DNA from: a virus
DNA: 64,000 bases
Direction: 5' to 3' (one strand)
IMG/VR virus record: IMGVR_UViG_3300043788_000114
Span: 32,001-96,000 of that record
This document shows positions 53,774 to 64,000 of the stretch, in pieces; the first letter of the stretch is position 1; the number at the start of each line of letters is the position of its first letter. The notes beneath the pieces were generated by a model that ran no database searches, was not told the origin of the DNA, and saw only the letters and a list, made by a program, of their open reading frames with translations. A program made the position numbers and the translations under genes.

Positions 53774-54539
53774 GTGTGAGCGGCTTACCGAAACGATCTA
53801 TCGGGCCTCGTGCGTAATCGGTCAGGTTCCTAATCCACTTTGCAGGCCGTTCGCCATGGTTGACGTCGGATCGGGCGCGGTGCCCAAGTAGGTTCTTCAT
53901 CTCGACCCCAGTGATCCTCGGATTTGCCCGAAGAAACATCGCAAGGATTTTCCCCTCGGAGCCATCCCACGGAACTGTCATTCCGGGGTTCTGCGATTCC
54001 CAATAGAAACGGATTACTTCTTTGCAGACTCGGTACCGCTCGTCCGTGCTCTCGGTACGAGAGAGTTTTTGCTTTTGAGGTTTTACTGTCTCTGTCTGTG
54101 TCTTTGTTAGAGGGGGTTCTAGGGGGGGGGCGACACTACTACGCTCTGCGTGCGCTGTCCGTGCGCTGTCCACATCTTCCATACACGCTGAGCGTGCGCT
54201 GTTCGTTCGCTCTGCGCCAATCTTATGCTTTTCATAGACTGCTTTCGCTTCCAGCCAGCGGGCGTACTGCGGTAGGTTTCGAAGCCTGTTTGAGCCGTCT
54301 ATCTGCTCAAATTTACGCAGTATGCGTGGCCCATGGATCGCCCAGAGTTCATCCCCCAAGCCGCTTTTGTCGGCGAGGTCTATTGGGTCCATAGGTATGG
54401 TGCAGTCATCTGTTTGCCATGAATCGAGGAGGAGCCAGACATAGCCAGCGCGGGCGGCGGGGTGCATAGCTTGAACAGCGGGACTCGCTTTGAGCGCGTC
54501 AACCTCCATCGGCATCCACCTTTGCCATTTAGCTGGCAC
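53511..54539 (-). CDS. Phage replication initiator (DUF1376/YdaU-like N-terminus)
   Basis: WMP.EV.....S..V..M....R.GY..LL...W...IP.D...LA...N.R pattern. Confidence 0.7.
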   Translation of the reverse strand: MPAKWQRWMPMEVDALKASPAVQAMHPAARAGYVWLLLDSWQTDDCTIPMDPIDLADKSGLGDELWAIHGPRILRKFEQIDGSNRLRNLPQYARWLEAKAVYEKHKIGAERTNSARSACMEDVDSARTAHAERSSVAPPLEPPLTKTQTETVKPQKQKLSRTESTDERYRVCKEVIRFYWESQNPGMTVPWDGSEGKILAMFLRANPRITGVEMKNLLGHRARSDVNHGERPAKWIRNLTDYARGPIDRFGKPLTLGGNNARVPTSKAESNLAVLAESLGGAEYQSPPDQDGDLPSGEVRQGEPRTIHGDFEPARPKGVSGGDGGASGKPKGGGGDGAPIPW

Positions 54540-54933
54540 TGTTGTAAATCCTGTTCGCGCTGAGGTAGTGATTGGGCTTCTTATCTGTGATCCGAGAGTT
54601 TTTGCCCGCGATCAGAGAGTTAAATCTAGGCCGGTACTTGGCAATAAACCAGCCTTCCATCGCGTCTCTGAAGTTCTTGGAAGCGCACGGTTGTATAGAA
54701 AACCTGAGATTACTTGCGGTTTCCGACGATACGATGAAATTGCCGACAAGATGTTGCGTTAAACAGATCGAGAGGTGGTTCTGGAGCCTCGCGCGAAGGT
54801 ATTTTGTCTGGCCGATGTAGACAGGACGATCTGAAAGAAACAGACAATAAATGCCGGGTCCGCGTGGGACCATGGACCATTTTCTGTCAGCTAAGCGCCA
54901 CAGCGAGACAGCCATAACCCCTCTTCGGGGCAC
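54529..54933 (-). CDS. GIY-YIG nuclease
   Basis: PGIY...VYIGQT..LRARL..H...E...I....P.FN. Confidence 0.85.
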   Translation of the reverse strand: MPRRGVMAVSLWRLADRKWSMVPRGPGIYCLFLSDRPVYIGQTKYLRARLQNHLSICLTQHLVGNFIVSSETASNLRFSIQPCASKNFRDAMEGWFIAKYRPRFNSLIAGKNSRITDKKPNHYLSANRIYNSAS

Positions 54934-55363
54934 ACTTTACCCGTAAGCTAAACCAAATGATTTGCTTGGAGAAAAGGATGCCAGCGAATTTGCCACGCCT
55001 AAAGAGTCACGCGGGGCCGGTTTTGAAGACCGACCCCGGAACTTTTCGCTGGCGGGGCATCCCGGTCATGACTCCGGGACATCCGCAACCCTAAACGTTC
55101 GTTTCCCACATGTCAACTGTGAATATTGCGGAAAAAGCAACCTCTGCGCTTTTATATGCAACAAACCATTACTACTTTGGTTCAATAATCAGATGACATG
55201 TGGTGGAACAAATCGAGTAAGTATCTGAATATAAAGGACAACAAAAATCATAATTCCATACAGATACCGCTTGACATCCTCTGCGCTCGGGTGTACGGTT
55301 TCATCAATAAACGGGCAATTACCGCAGCGAACCGGCAAAATCAGGCACACCGGGAGTGAGAAC

Positions 55364-55783
55364 GTGAAAGAGCGTACTTTGCAGGATGTGAAAGCGGGCG
55401 ATCTGATCGGCCCGGTGCGAATTCCACTTCGTGGGCAGGAAGAGGAGTGGACCGGAGTTCTCCATCCAGTGACCAGAGTCGCTACCAAGCGATTCATGAT
55501 GGGTGGGCGCTGGTACGACAAAGCAACCGGGCGAGAAATTGGGGCGCGTTTGTCGAGCTACCGATACATCCTAGCAACGCCGGAGATGATCGCCAAACAC
55601 CGCGCCAAGCAGACCGCCGCCCAAGAGGCAGAGGACACGTTGAAGGCTTTCCATGCTAGGCCCGACTACCGCGACGCCTCCGCGATCCACTTCCTGCTCG
55701 ACCAGATGAGCCCCGGCGAGCATCCTCTCGACAAGTTGACGCCAGCGGAGTGGGCTGAGTTCCGCAGAAAGTTGGAAGCGTGA
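55364..55783 (+). CDS. Hypothetical early protein
   Basis: First gene of divergent rightward operon; GGGAG SD. Confidence 0.55.
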   Translation: MKERTLQDVKAGDLIGPVRIPLRGQEEEWTGVLHPVTRVATKRFMMGGRWYDKATGREIGARLSSYRYILATPEMIAKHRAKQTAAQEAEDTLKAFHARPDYRDASAIHFLLDQMSPGEHPLDKLTPAEWAEFRRKLEA

Positions 55784-56064
55784 GCGAGCCTAACTTCACA
55801 CCGGGGCCGTGGACGCTCACTAAGTTCGACCAAGGCTTTATGATCCACGATGCTGACGGCAACCTTGTGGAGACTGTATACACGGGCGAAGCCAACGCTC
55901 GCCTGATAGCCGCCGCGCCGGACCTGTACGCCGCTCTAAAAAGGTCACGCGCATTGCTGAGTTCACTTGCGGGCGCGAGGTTTAGCAACGAAATTGTGCC
56001 TGCGTTAATTAACGAACAGGTTGCGTTGATCGACGCTGCACTCGCAAAGGCATCTAAGCCATGA
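55780..56064 (+). CDS. Phage protein (TPGPW...ANARLIAAAPDL family)
   Basis: Widespread phage motif. Confidence 0.75.
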   Translation: MSEPNFTPGPWTLTKFDQGFMIHDADGNLVETVYTGEANARLIAAAPDLYAALKRSRALLSSLAGARFSNEIVPALINEQVALIDAALAKASKP

Positions 56065-57716
56065 AATCACCAACGTTTCACGCGGAACCTTTTATGGCCG
56101 ACCACTACGAAGTGGAAGGAATTGACGCGTACAATCCTGCGGCGACTCAGCCTGTCCATTTGGGCACCGCGATTTTGTACGGAATCGTGGTCGTAGCGGT
56201 CGTGGGCGTGATAGCCGTTGCCGCGACTATCGCCGCCCTTGTTTGTGGAGTTACGCTCCTTTTCGGATGGATATTTGAGGCGCTGGGAGCAACTGCTGGG
56301 TAAGTGCCACATGAGCGAGATCGATCTTATTCCAATCCCGGAGGGTGCGGAGTGCCAAGAGGCGAGCACTTTATCTACCAAGCGTTACATCCCTTGCTGC
56401 CGTCCAGCCGTGGCGATTATCTACCACGAGCGTGACAAGCGCGGGTACCTGATGTGCGTCGGATGCGCCCAGCACAATGTCATGAACCGTGGTGGCAAGT
56501 GGGTAACCGGGACTAAGGAAACAGAGTATCTGCGTAAGTGAAAGGAACCGGGGGATCGATGGAGCAGATAAAAGAGAAATTAGCGAAGTTTGAGGACGTT
56601 GAGGTAACTGATTGCCATCCTGAGAGCTTAGACAGGATAGTGCAACAACTTGGACCAGCAGCAGTTATCGAAGGATCGGCGCACGGAAACACCTGCACTG
56701 TGCGGTGCTTTGCCAACTCGGCAGGATTCATCAAGTTCGCAATTAACCATCAAGGTTACGGAAAGGTGGCAGCGGCGTGACAGAATACTCAGAACGTTTC
56801 AGCCAACCAGAACCTCCGTCTCAATCAGAAAAGATTGATAAGTTGCGTTCGGCGCTAAGGCTGATCTTGGATCAAACCGACTACGAGGTTGGGAACTGCC
56901 GCGTGAATGAAATGGTCGGCGCGGTCCTTCCAAAAGAAGTGTTACGCATCGCGAAGGAAGCCATAAATCTATGAACTACGGCCTCTATGTCGCGCGCTCG
57001 CAGGACCCGATCTTTACCGGGACGGCGGGAGAGTGCCGCGCGCAGGTGGACAAGCTGACAGACGAGCAGAAAACCAGCGGGTGGACAATCGGGCCGATTC
57101 AGGATGTTCCTCCGCCGCTGCCCAGCGATCCGAATTTTGCGTTACGTCTCACCTTGACATCCGCTGTCATTATTGGCGTCCCGGCCTTGTTGGCGCTTGG
57201 TCTGTATCTTAGGGGGTGCAGGTAAATGGCCGGGGATATTGTCTATAGCTGCGATCTTCCGGGTTGCGACCGCACCTACAGCGCGACGAATAACTGGTTC
57301 GCGGTGCAAGCTGATGGCTTAGGACGAGTCTGCATTTACCGGTGGGAGTATGCGAAGGAAACCAGAATTCTTGAATCGTCGAAGCATTTCTGCGGTGTAG
57401 GTCATACGATCCAGCATGTCAGCAATCTTTTGACGCCAAACACGACCGACCCCAACCGCGAGTCAACACTGGAACTCAAACCGCCGCTAACGCGAGACGG
57501 CGGAGAATTAGGCAGCAATGGAGAGACTCCAGATTCTTGAAACAACCGACAATGTAAAGATCGTGCGCCTCTATCTCGAAAAGTATGAACTGCTGACGGA
57601 GGAGGACAAGCGGCTTATCCGCTTGGCACTGCACTCACTGATGAACCCGCCGATGATTTTCCGGACACAACCCGACGAAAGCACAACCGACCCGGCGCAC
57701 CGGGCAGAGGACGGCA

Positions 57717-58847
57717 ATGGCAACTGAAGGCGAATATCTTAGCCCTGAGAGCGAGAACGATCCACCCGATTCAATCGAAGCGGCCCCGTCCACGCTGGCC
57801 GTCATCACTCAGTCCGAGTACGCGGCAATGGTGGCGACGGCGAACCTGAAAGGCAACAAGCGGAGTGTCGACGAGTTCTCGAAAAAGCTGATGCTCTACG
57901 CTACGCATTCGCAGCCGGTCGCGCTGGGAATGTTTTACAGCCTGCCGCGCGCCGGGAAGCAGATTGTCGGCCCCTCGGTGCGGTTTGCGGAAGTGGTGGC
58001 TCCGTGCTGGAAGAACAACTCGACAGGCTCGCGGATCATCGGCGAGACGGAGCAGACGGTTACCGCACAGGGCGTGTTCCTCGACTACGAAGCCAACATG
58101 AGGAACGTGAAGGAGATTCCTCGCCGAATCACCAGCGGCGACGGGCGGAAATTCAACGCGGATATGATTTTGACGACTTCCAAGGCCGCGCTGAGCATCG
58201 CCTACCGCGAAGCGATTTTGAAGGGCGGTGTACCGCAGGCGCTCTGGACCCCGGCATTCGAGGAATCCAAACTGACCGCCGTGGGCAAGGCGATGAGCCA
58301 CAGCGCCCGCGTGGACGCCGCCATGGAGTACCTGACCAAACTGGGCGTGACCGAGTGGCAAATCCTCAATGCGGTGGGACTCGCATCGCCAAAAGAGATG
58401 GAGACCGAGCACCTTGTCACCCTGAAAGTGATGTGCGAAGAGATCAAGCGCGGCGACAGGACCATCGAGGCTGTCTTTGGCTCGCCGCACGACAAGGAAA
58501 TCGATGCCCTGTTCACGCAACTCAAGAAAGGCGAAGCGGAAAAGACTCTGCTGCGCCGCTCGTACATGGGCCGCGCCAAGGACCTGCTGGACTACCTGAA
58601 GGGCCAACTCGCTCCTTCCGGACAAAGCAGATCAGTCGAGACAAAGCCGGAGGCGCAAGCATCGCAAGCAGACACCGGAAGCACGCAAGCATCCAGTAAA
58701 GGAAAGGGCAAGAAGGGCAAGGATGCGGCTCAAGCCGAGCCTACCGGAGCGGCGACCGAGGAAAAGAAGCCGGAGGCCGCGCCAGAGGAGAAGGCGGAGA
58801 CCAAACCGGAAACCAAGAGCGGCGAGAGCCAGTCATTTAACTTTTAA
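57717..58847 (+). CDS. Putative single-strand annealing/recombination protein
   Basis: YSLPRAGK.I.GPSVRFAE motif, low-complexity acidic tail. Confidence 0.55.
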   Translation: MATEGEYLSPESENDPPDSIEAAPSTLAVITQSEYAAMVATANLKGNKRSVDEFSKKLMLYATHSQPVALGMFYSLPRAGKQIVGPSVRFAEVVAPCWKNNSTGSRIIGETEQTVTAQGVFLDYEANMRNVKEIPRRITSGDGRKFNADMILTTSKAALSIAYREAILKGGVPQALWTPAFEESKLTAVGKAMSHSARVDAAMEYLTKLGVTEWQILNAVGLASPKEMETEHLVTLKVMCEEIKRGDRTIEAVFGSPHDKEIDALFTQLKKGEAEKTLLRRSYMGRAKDLLDYLKGQLAPSGQSRSVETKPEAQASQADTGSTQASSKGKGKKGKDAAQAEPTGAATEEKKPEAAPEEKAETKPETKSGESQSFNF

Positions 58848-58871
58848 GTAAGTGCAACCGGGAGGAAAGAC

Positions 58872-59204
58872 ATGAAAACATTTGGAGTTGTAGTGGGGGG
58901 CGTCGTCTTGGCGCTCGCTCTAATCGTCGGGATCGACCAGTTTGGTTTCGCTCTCGGCTTGTGGGATACGACGTTCTGGGGTGTAAAGCAGCAGGACGCC
59001 CAACGGAAAGTCTTCGAACAAACACAGAGCTACGTGCAAGGCAAGATTCAGAACATCGAACAGGAATGCTTTGCATACCAAAAGGCCGATGGCGCTCAGA
59101 AGAAGGCGCTCGCTGGCGAAATCCGCAACGAAGCATCCACCATCGACATAAGCAAACTGCCATCTGATGAGCAGTCCTGCGTCGAAGAAGCGAGGGGACA
59201 ATGA
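58872..59204 (+). CDS. Membrane-anchored protein
   Basis: N-terminal TM; RKVFEQTQSYVQGK. Confidence 0.6.
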   Translation: MKTFGVVVGGVVLALALIVGIDQFGFALGLWDTTFWGVKQQDAQRKVFEQTQSYVQGKIQNIEQECFAYQKADGAQKKALAGEIRNEASTIDISKLPSDEQSCVEEARGQ

Positions 59205-59782
59205 AAATCACTCTGATGGGATTTTTGGCTTTGGTGGTTCTCGGGTGCTGCGCTTTCGATGACAACGGGTGCGGCACTGCGCCCACGTCGGACACCACTC
59301 AGCAGGTACAACAAGAAAAGATGTCTCAAGAATCAAACGCGCAGGTCGGGATGCCGGGGATAACCAACTTCACCGAGAAGAAGGTGATGAAGCGGCTCTA
59401 CGAGATGCGCGACAAGAATGTGGCGACCTACACCTATCTAGTGGACTTACAGGGGCAGTTACACCATGTCTGCGATTCGATGGGTTACGGACTTCCCTAT
59501 GGTGTCCAGTTCAGCAATCCAGAGAAGGTGATGAGTTCCAGCACTTACGCGCTGATGCCGCAGTCAGAGCCGAACGGCTTGTTTATGCCGCCAAGCGCGG
59601 AGGGAACTTGGGTAATCTGCGCATCGACCAGCGGAGAATTCACGCCGATGTATCTGGAGCCGCGTGTCATTGTCAGCCCGTTTCGTCTACGAGCGGTGGA
59701 CGACTACGCGCTCTCTGGCAACACGAACGATGCGCTCACGAAGCAGGAACTCCACTCGAAGTACATACCGGCTGTGAAGTGA
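59201..59782 (+). CDS. Putative lipoprotein
   Basis: Signal peptide with LGC; VGMP.I.NF.EK, S.GYGLPY..Q..NP, Q.EPNGL. Confidence 0.65.
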   Translation: MKITLMGFLALVVLGCCAFDDNGCGTAPTSDTTQQVQQEKMSQESNAQVGMPGITNFTEKKVMKRLYEMRDKNVATYTYLVDLQGQLHHVCDSMGYGLPYGVQFSNPEKVMSSSTYALMPQSEPNGLFMPPSAEGTWVICASTSGEFTPMYLEPRVIVSPFRLRAVDDYALSGNTNDALTKQELHSKYIPAVK

Positions 59783-60057
59783 GCTACGTCATCCATCTCG
59801 AATGGCTGGAAGGAACCAGCGTTAACGGTAGGAACGTCGATGGTCAGTACCTCCGCTCGTATGATCCTGATGCCTTTGACGGACAAGGCGACATGACGGC
59901 GACACATGACCTGAAAGAGGCGAAGCACTTTTCGGACATCAAGGCCGCGATGGAATTCTACCGCCAAGTCAGCACCGTCCGGCCTGTTCGCGGAGACGGG
60001 AAACCAAACCGACCACTCACAGCATTCACGGTGAGTTTTAAGAGTGTAGCGGATTAG
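59779..60057 (+). CDS. Hypothetical protein
   Basis: GTGA coupling; RGDGKPNRPLTAF. Confidence 0.55.
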   Translation: MSYVIHLEWLEGTSVNGRNVDGQYLRSYDPDAFDGQGDMTATHDLKEAKHFSDIKAAMEFYRQVSTVRPVRGDGKPNRPLTAFTVSFKSVAD

Positions 60058-60072
60058 CAACCGGGAGGAATC

Positions 60073-60708
60073 ATGTTCACAAGTGAATTTCGTAAAGTAG
60101 GAGAGTTGACACTCCCGTCATTTTCCGGGACGCGGGTGATGATGCTGCCCATCGTGATCGGTGAGCGCGGGAGTCTCCCTGACTTCGTATCGCACTACAA
60201 ACACACAGCATGGCGATTAGCACAGATGTGCGACGCGGACCACCTTGGCAAGGTTGGCTATCTAACTATCGACGAGAAACTTGTTCCGTCTGGGCGCACA
60301 CATCGCCGCGCCGGGATGCACGTGGACGGCGGAGAAGGCCGTGGATGGGGCGGCGGACGCCCGTGGGCCAGCAAGGCGGGAATGCTCACAGTTTCTTCGC
60401 ACCCCGGATGCCGCGCGTGGGCTCAGGAGTTCGACGGCGAAGTTGGAGACGAGGGAAGCTGCGATCATCTGGCCGATCAACTCAAATCGGATGGGACCGT
60501 GCTCGGAGCCGGGGAAGTGTACTGGCTCGGCGGTCTGTGCGTCCACGAATCTCTTCCACAACCGGAGAACGTGAAGCGTCAATTCATCAGGCTTTCCTTC
60601 CCTTCGACGGCCCCATGGTACGAGGGCTACACCGAAAACCCGTTGGGGATAAAACCGACAGGACCAATCCTGCCGCGACGCAAGTTTATGGATGAGGTAG
60701 CCGCATGA
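60073..60708 (+). CDS. Putative 2OG-Fe(II) oxygenase-like protein
   Basis: HRR.G.HVDG...VHES...RQFIRL (HxD...H...R). Confidence 0.5.
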   Translation: MFTSEFRKVGELTLPSFSGTRVMMLPIVIGERGSLPDFVSHYKHTAWRLAQMCDADHLGKVGYLTIDEKLVPSGRTHRRAGMHVDGGEGRGWGGGRPWASKAGMLTVSSHPGCRAWAQEFDGEVGDEGSCDHLADQLKSDGTVLGAGEVYWLGGLCVHESLPQPENVKRQFIRLSFPSTAPWYEGYTENPLGIKPTGPILPRRKFMDEVAA

Positions 60709-61439
60709 AGCCGGAGGAATCAATGACGGATGTACTCGAACTGGAAGATGCGCTCGCAGGAACTCACATCAAGAGTGCTTGCGAGAAAGCCGCCGCGATG
60801 GCACAGACAGCGAACAAGCCTGTGCATTTTGAATTCAACGGCACTCATGTAACTGCGCAACCGGGGGAGACAGCGGAGACGCTGGTAAACCGCTGGCAGG
60901 ATGATTTTGATGCGGCGGCGAGAGCGTGGCGCGAATCTCCAGAACGGAAGATCGAAGAGGAGAAGCGAGCAGCGGAGGAGAAAGCTGCACGCGAAGCGCA
61001 CATAACGGAAGCGGCTTCCACCGAAGCTGAGATGCGTGAAGCGAAAGTGCCGTGGCCGAAAACCAAGGAACAACTTACGGAGTACATCGAATCGCTCGTG
61101 AGCAAACAGCACGACTATGGAACCTGCGTTTACGCGATGAGCATGGCCGCAGAGGCCGCGTTTAACTACGTCTCTAATTGTCTCGGCGTGACAGGATTCC
61201 AAGCATCCTGCGCCGATCTTGACTTCATCAAGAGGACGCGCGGCATAGATGGTCCATTCATGCTCATCAAAGGCGAGGACATGCTATACCCGCAATACAA
61301 CCTAGTGGACAATCTACTCGAAGCGATGAAAGAGTGGAAGCCTTGGGCAAAAGAGGAAGCGGAGAAAAAGCTGAGCGAGAATACCTCCGCACATCCCGAT
61401 GTAATCGCGCATTGGAAAGCGCTGGCTTCGCAAAAGTAA
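60705..61439 (+). CDS. Hypothetical phage protein
   Basis: HDYGT..YA...G.TGFQA...LYPQY...HPDV..HW. Confidence 0.6.
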   Translation: MKPEESMTDVLELEDALAGTHIKSACEKAAAMAQTANKPVHFEFNGTHVTAQPGETAETLVNRWQDDFDAAARAWRESPERKIEEEKRAAEEKAAREAHITEAASTEAEMREAKVPWPKTKEQLTEYIESLVSKQHDYGTCVYAMSMAAEAAFNYVSNCLGVTGFQASCADLDFIKRTRGIDGPFMLIKGEDMLYPQYNLVDNLLEAMKEWKPWAKEEAEKKLSENTSAHPDVIAHWKALASQK

Positions 61440-61440
61440 C

Positions 61441-61836
61441 ATGGCAATCACTCTCAACTTCGCCTGCAATAACCCAGACAATGGGAACTTTATTGGTCAC
61501 TTCGACCGCATGGATGTGGATGCTGGCGATCTGCACATGGAGTTCGAAGGATCAGAGGAAACGATCACTTTTGATTTCCCGGCACGCGGCGGATACGGAA
61601 GCGTCACGATTAACGAGGAACATTTTCCTTCGCTTGCCTACAACGAGTGGTACGGAAATTGGTGCTGGAATGCAGCGTCGTTCACGTGGGTAGAAGCGCT
61701 GACCATCATCAATTATTTGGGAGCGAAAGGTTGGAGCATGACTGAGGGACCCTGTGAACTCTTTGACGCCTACAAAGATAGGCATCAGATCACGCCGCTC
61801 GAATGGAAAGCGGAGAACGAAAGAAAGATCGCATGA
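61441..61836 (+). CDS. Hypothetical protein
   Basis: Abutting ORF in operon. Confidence 0.55.
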   Translation: MAITLNFACNNPDNGNFIGHFDRMDVDAGDLHMEFEGSEETITFDFPARGGYGSVTINEEHFPSLAYNEWYGNWCWNAASFTWVEALTIINYLGAKGWSMTEGPCELFDAYKDRHQITPLEWKAENERKIA

Positions 61837-62017
61837 GACGCCAGCGCGACATCTTAGTTCTCACCATCCGCAGCCTTCACGTAGGCGAGGAGTTCTGCTG
61901 CACGTCTCGCTCCTATGAAGGGATCGAGGAGAGGCTAGAAGCCTACCGCATATCGAATCCCGGAAGGCGTTTTGCAATTCAAAAAACCAACCGTATCTAT
62001 ACGGTGAGGAGAGTCCG

Positions 62018-63325
62018 TTGACGGCCAAACTAGTCAAAATAGACCCAGCGAAAGTCCCCCCTACCCACCAGAGCACAGAGCTTTTGATGGGGTGCAAGAA
62101 AAACTACGTCACGCAAATCATCGAAGGCCGCAGGAATCCGGGTGGTGTGGAATCGGCTCGCGGCAGGGAGATTCACCACACTATGTCCCTGTACCTTTCC
62201 CACTGTGCGCGCAAAGGCGTTGCAATGGACCTGAGTGCCTTTGATGAATTCGCAAAGGGTGCAGGAGCCGTAGCGTCGAAGATTCTCGTTGGCGTCCGCG
62301 ACAGCTACGAGGTAGACTTCGCCGCCCTTTTTGCCACCGAGCTACGGATGTGCCTAGATGAAAACTTTCGACCGACAGAGCTATCGCCGGAAGTCGAAGG
62401 AATCTGCGAAGACAGCGGCGAGGAAGCGGCCTACGTCGGCACGCTTGATGGGCTGAATCTTTATCGCGAAGAAGGCAGGATCGTCGTGGATGACTTTAAG
62501 AGCCATCCAAGGCCGTACAATCCATTCGACCCAGACAAGAGTATGCAGGGGAAAGAGTATAGCCTTTTCTGCTTTCTGCATTTTCCGTGGGCGAACGAGG
62601 TGAAATTCCGATTGGTATTCGTTCGCTTTCGCAAGTTGGTACGCGAAGTGACTTACGTGCGTGATGATGTTCCAGAACTAGTCGAAGCCGTGAGGTCCAT
62701 GCGGTCGCGCCAGAAGGGGATTCACGAGGAGTACATCGCCGGAAAGGAAATCGAGGCGACAGGTAATGATGGGTGCGTGTACTGTCCGCTCCTCTCAAAT
62801 CGCGAATGCCCGATTCTGCAAGACAATCCAAACGCGCAGGGTGAACCTTCCGAGTGGTTGAGTAGCTCACTCGTCTATAGCGCATACGCCAAAGTGAACA
62901 ACGCTAGGATGCGGGCACATGTGCAGGGAACAGGCAGACCAATCGTTCTGCGCGACTATAACCAGAAGGCTTACAGTTTTGGCCCCGTAGAAAGTGAGAG
63001 TAATATCTACCCTCTTTTCAAAAAGACAGCCGATGGGATCGCCTTGGATGTGCATGGCAATCCAGATATGCCAATCGTGAGCCTTCTGCTCGATTACGCT
63101 CATGCGACTCCAGATGATACGAAATGGATGGGTAATCTTCTCATTTCATCAACAAAACTTAATAGTTACTTGGGTACTAAAGGCCGCGCGATGCTCGATC
63201 AGGCTGTTTCCGACACCGCAGACAAAGTAACTAAAGCCACTTTGAAGGTGAGCAAACCATTGGATTCTATCGACGAAGAGCCCGACGAGGGCGGCGAGGG
63301 TTGGGACGAGGACGAAGACTTTTAA
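62018..63325 (+). CDS. PD-(D/E)XK exonuclease (RecB/Cas4-like)
   Basis: RGREIH, GTLD, VDDFKS, Q..EY, C.YCP....C. Confidence 0.75.
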   Translation: MTAKLVKIDPAKVPPTHQSTELLMGCKKNYVTQIIEGRRNPGGVESARGREIHHTMSLYLSHCARKGVAMDLSAFDEFAKGAGAVASKILVGVRDSYEVDFAALFATELRMCLDENFRPTELSPEVEGICEDSGEEAAYVGTLDGLNLYREEGRIVVDDFKSHPRPYNPFDPDKSMQGKEYSLFCFLHFPWANEVKFRLVFVRFRKLVREVTYVRDDVPELVEAVRSMRSRQKGIHEEYIAGKEIEATGNDGCVYCPLLSNRECPILQDNPNAQGEPSEWLSSSLVYSAYAKVNNARMRAHVQGTGRPIVLRDYNQKAYSFGPVESESNIYPLFKKTADGIALDVHGNPDMPIVSLLLDYAHATPDDTKWMGNLLISSTKLNSYLGTKGRAMLDQAVSDTADKVTKATLKVSKPLDSIDEEPDEGGEGWDEDEDF

Positions 63326-63340
63326 GAAAGGTGTGAGGAA

Positions 63341-63955
63341 ATGGCAAAGCTCATAGTGAACGAGGAAACAACGATGAAATGGCCGGATGGTGTAGACAGA
63401 ACATTCATCCAGCTACGCAAAGAAAACAAAGCGTGGAAGAAACCGTGGAAAGCATTGGTAACTTCGCTGACCAAGGAACTGGAGGGCCTTGGGGCAACTG
63501 GCTCCGTGCTGATTTGCCGGTCGGAAGATGAACGTCAGGACCCCGGTGTTGCCGTGTGGTTCTCGATGAAGAAAGTGGACTTTGGCTGGCAGCAGGGGCT
63601 CGGGCTCCCGACTCCATCTCCGACACTCGATCAGATCGACGCGGCCTTCAAGGTCAAGGCCAAGCGGTTCCATCCTGACAACCGCGAGACTGGCGACCCG
63701 GAGCAGTTCAAGAAACTCTCCGCGTGGAAAGACGCAGCAATCGCGTGGATCACCGGAACCCACGATCACAGCCGCGAATCGGTGATGGCGATTGACCAGT
63801 ACACGGAAGCCAGATTGAACCTGTGCGCCATCCGGCTCGCCTTCGGACACATTCGTGGCCTCGCACGGGTGGGCGCTCCGGGCATCCTGTCGCAGACCCT
63901 CGGAGCATTCAGGGCCAAGCTGGCTGCGACCAGCAGTGAAGGGAAAGTGCTGTGA
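63341..63955 (+). CDS. J-domain-containing protein
   Basis: IDAAFKVKAKRFHPDN...GD.EQFK.L (HPD motif). Confidence 0.7.
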   Translation: MAKLIVNEETTMKWPDGVDRTFIQLRKENKAWKKPWKALVTSLTKELEGLGATGSVLICRSEDERQDPGVAVWFSMKKVDFGWQQGLGLPTPSPTLDQIDAAFKVKAKRFHPDNRETGDPEQFKKLSAWKDAAIAWITGTHDHSRESVMAIDQYTEARLNLCAIRLAFGHIRGLARVGAPGILSQTLGAFRAKLAATSSEGKVL

Positions 63956-64000
63956 CGAGAAAGATCAAAGTCCGCACCCGCGATGACATCAAGCCGGGAT

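Noticed and set aside
1-64000. Prophage boundaries, integrase, DGR or retron
   Set aside because: No integrase, reverse transcriptase, att-like repeat or host housekeeping genes were recognised; lifestyle cannot be determined from this window.

Overview
This 64-kb window is part of a large tailed-phage (or prophage) genome with podovirus-like virion genes. The host is probably an Acidobacteriota bacterium, inferred from a receiver-domain gene. Left part: endolysin end, small Lys/Arg-rich proteins, tail and ejection proteins (one with an Acb1-like 2H phosphoesterase domain), then a minus-strand glycosyltransferase/methyltransferase/B12-radical-SAM cluster. Centre (28-45 kb): a translation-support island with 37 tRNA genes covering all 20 amino acids, a circularly permuted two-piece tmRNA, five tandem Y-RNA-like ncRNAs before a Ro60/TROVE gene, several HNH genes, and an IS1595-family element carrying a Panacea-type antitoxin. 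Right part: SNF2 helicase, replication genes and divergent early genes. Main observation: each of the three tRNA arrays is preceded by a promoter, an apparently leaderless 22-28 codon peptide ORF, an antiterminator and a terminator, and each leader's codons match the anticodons of its own downstream array. This looks like a ribosome-stalling attenuator that turns on replacement tRNAs when the matching host tRNAs fail. Three tRNA-Arg genes also lack a normal D-arm and appear re-wired. All calls and coordinates were made by eye without database searches.
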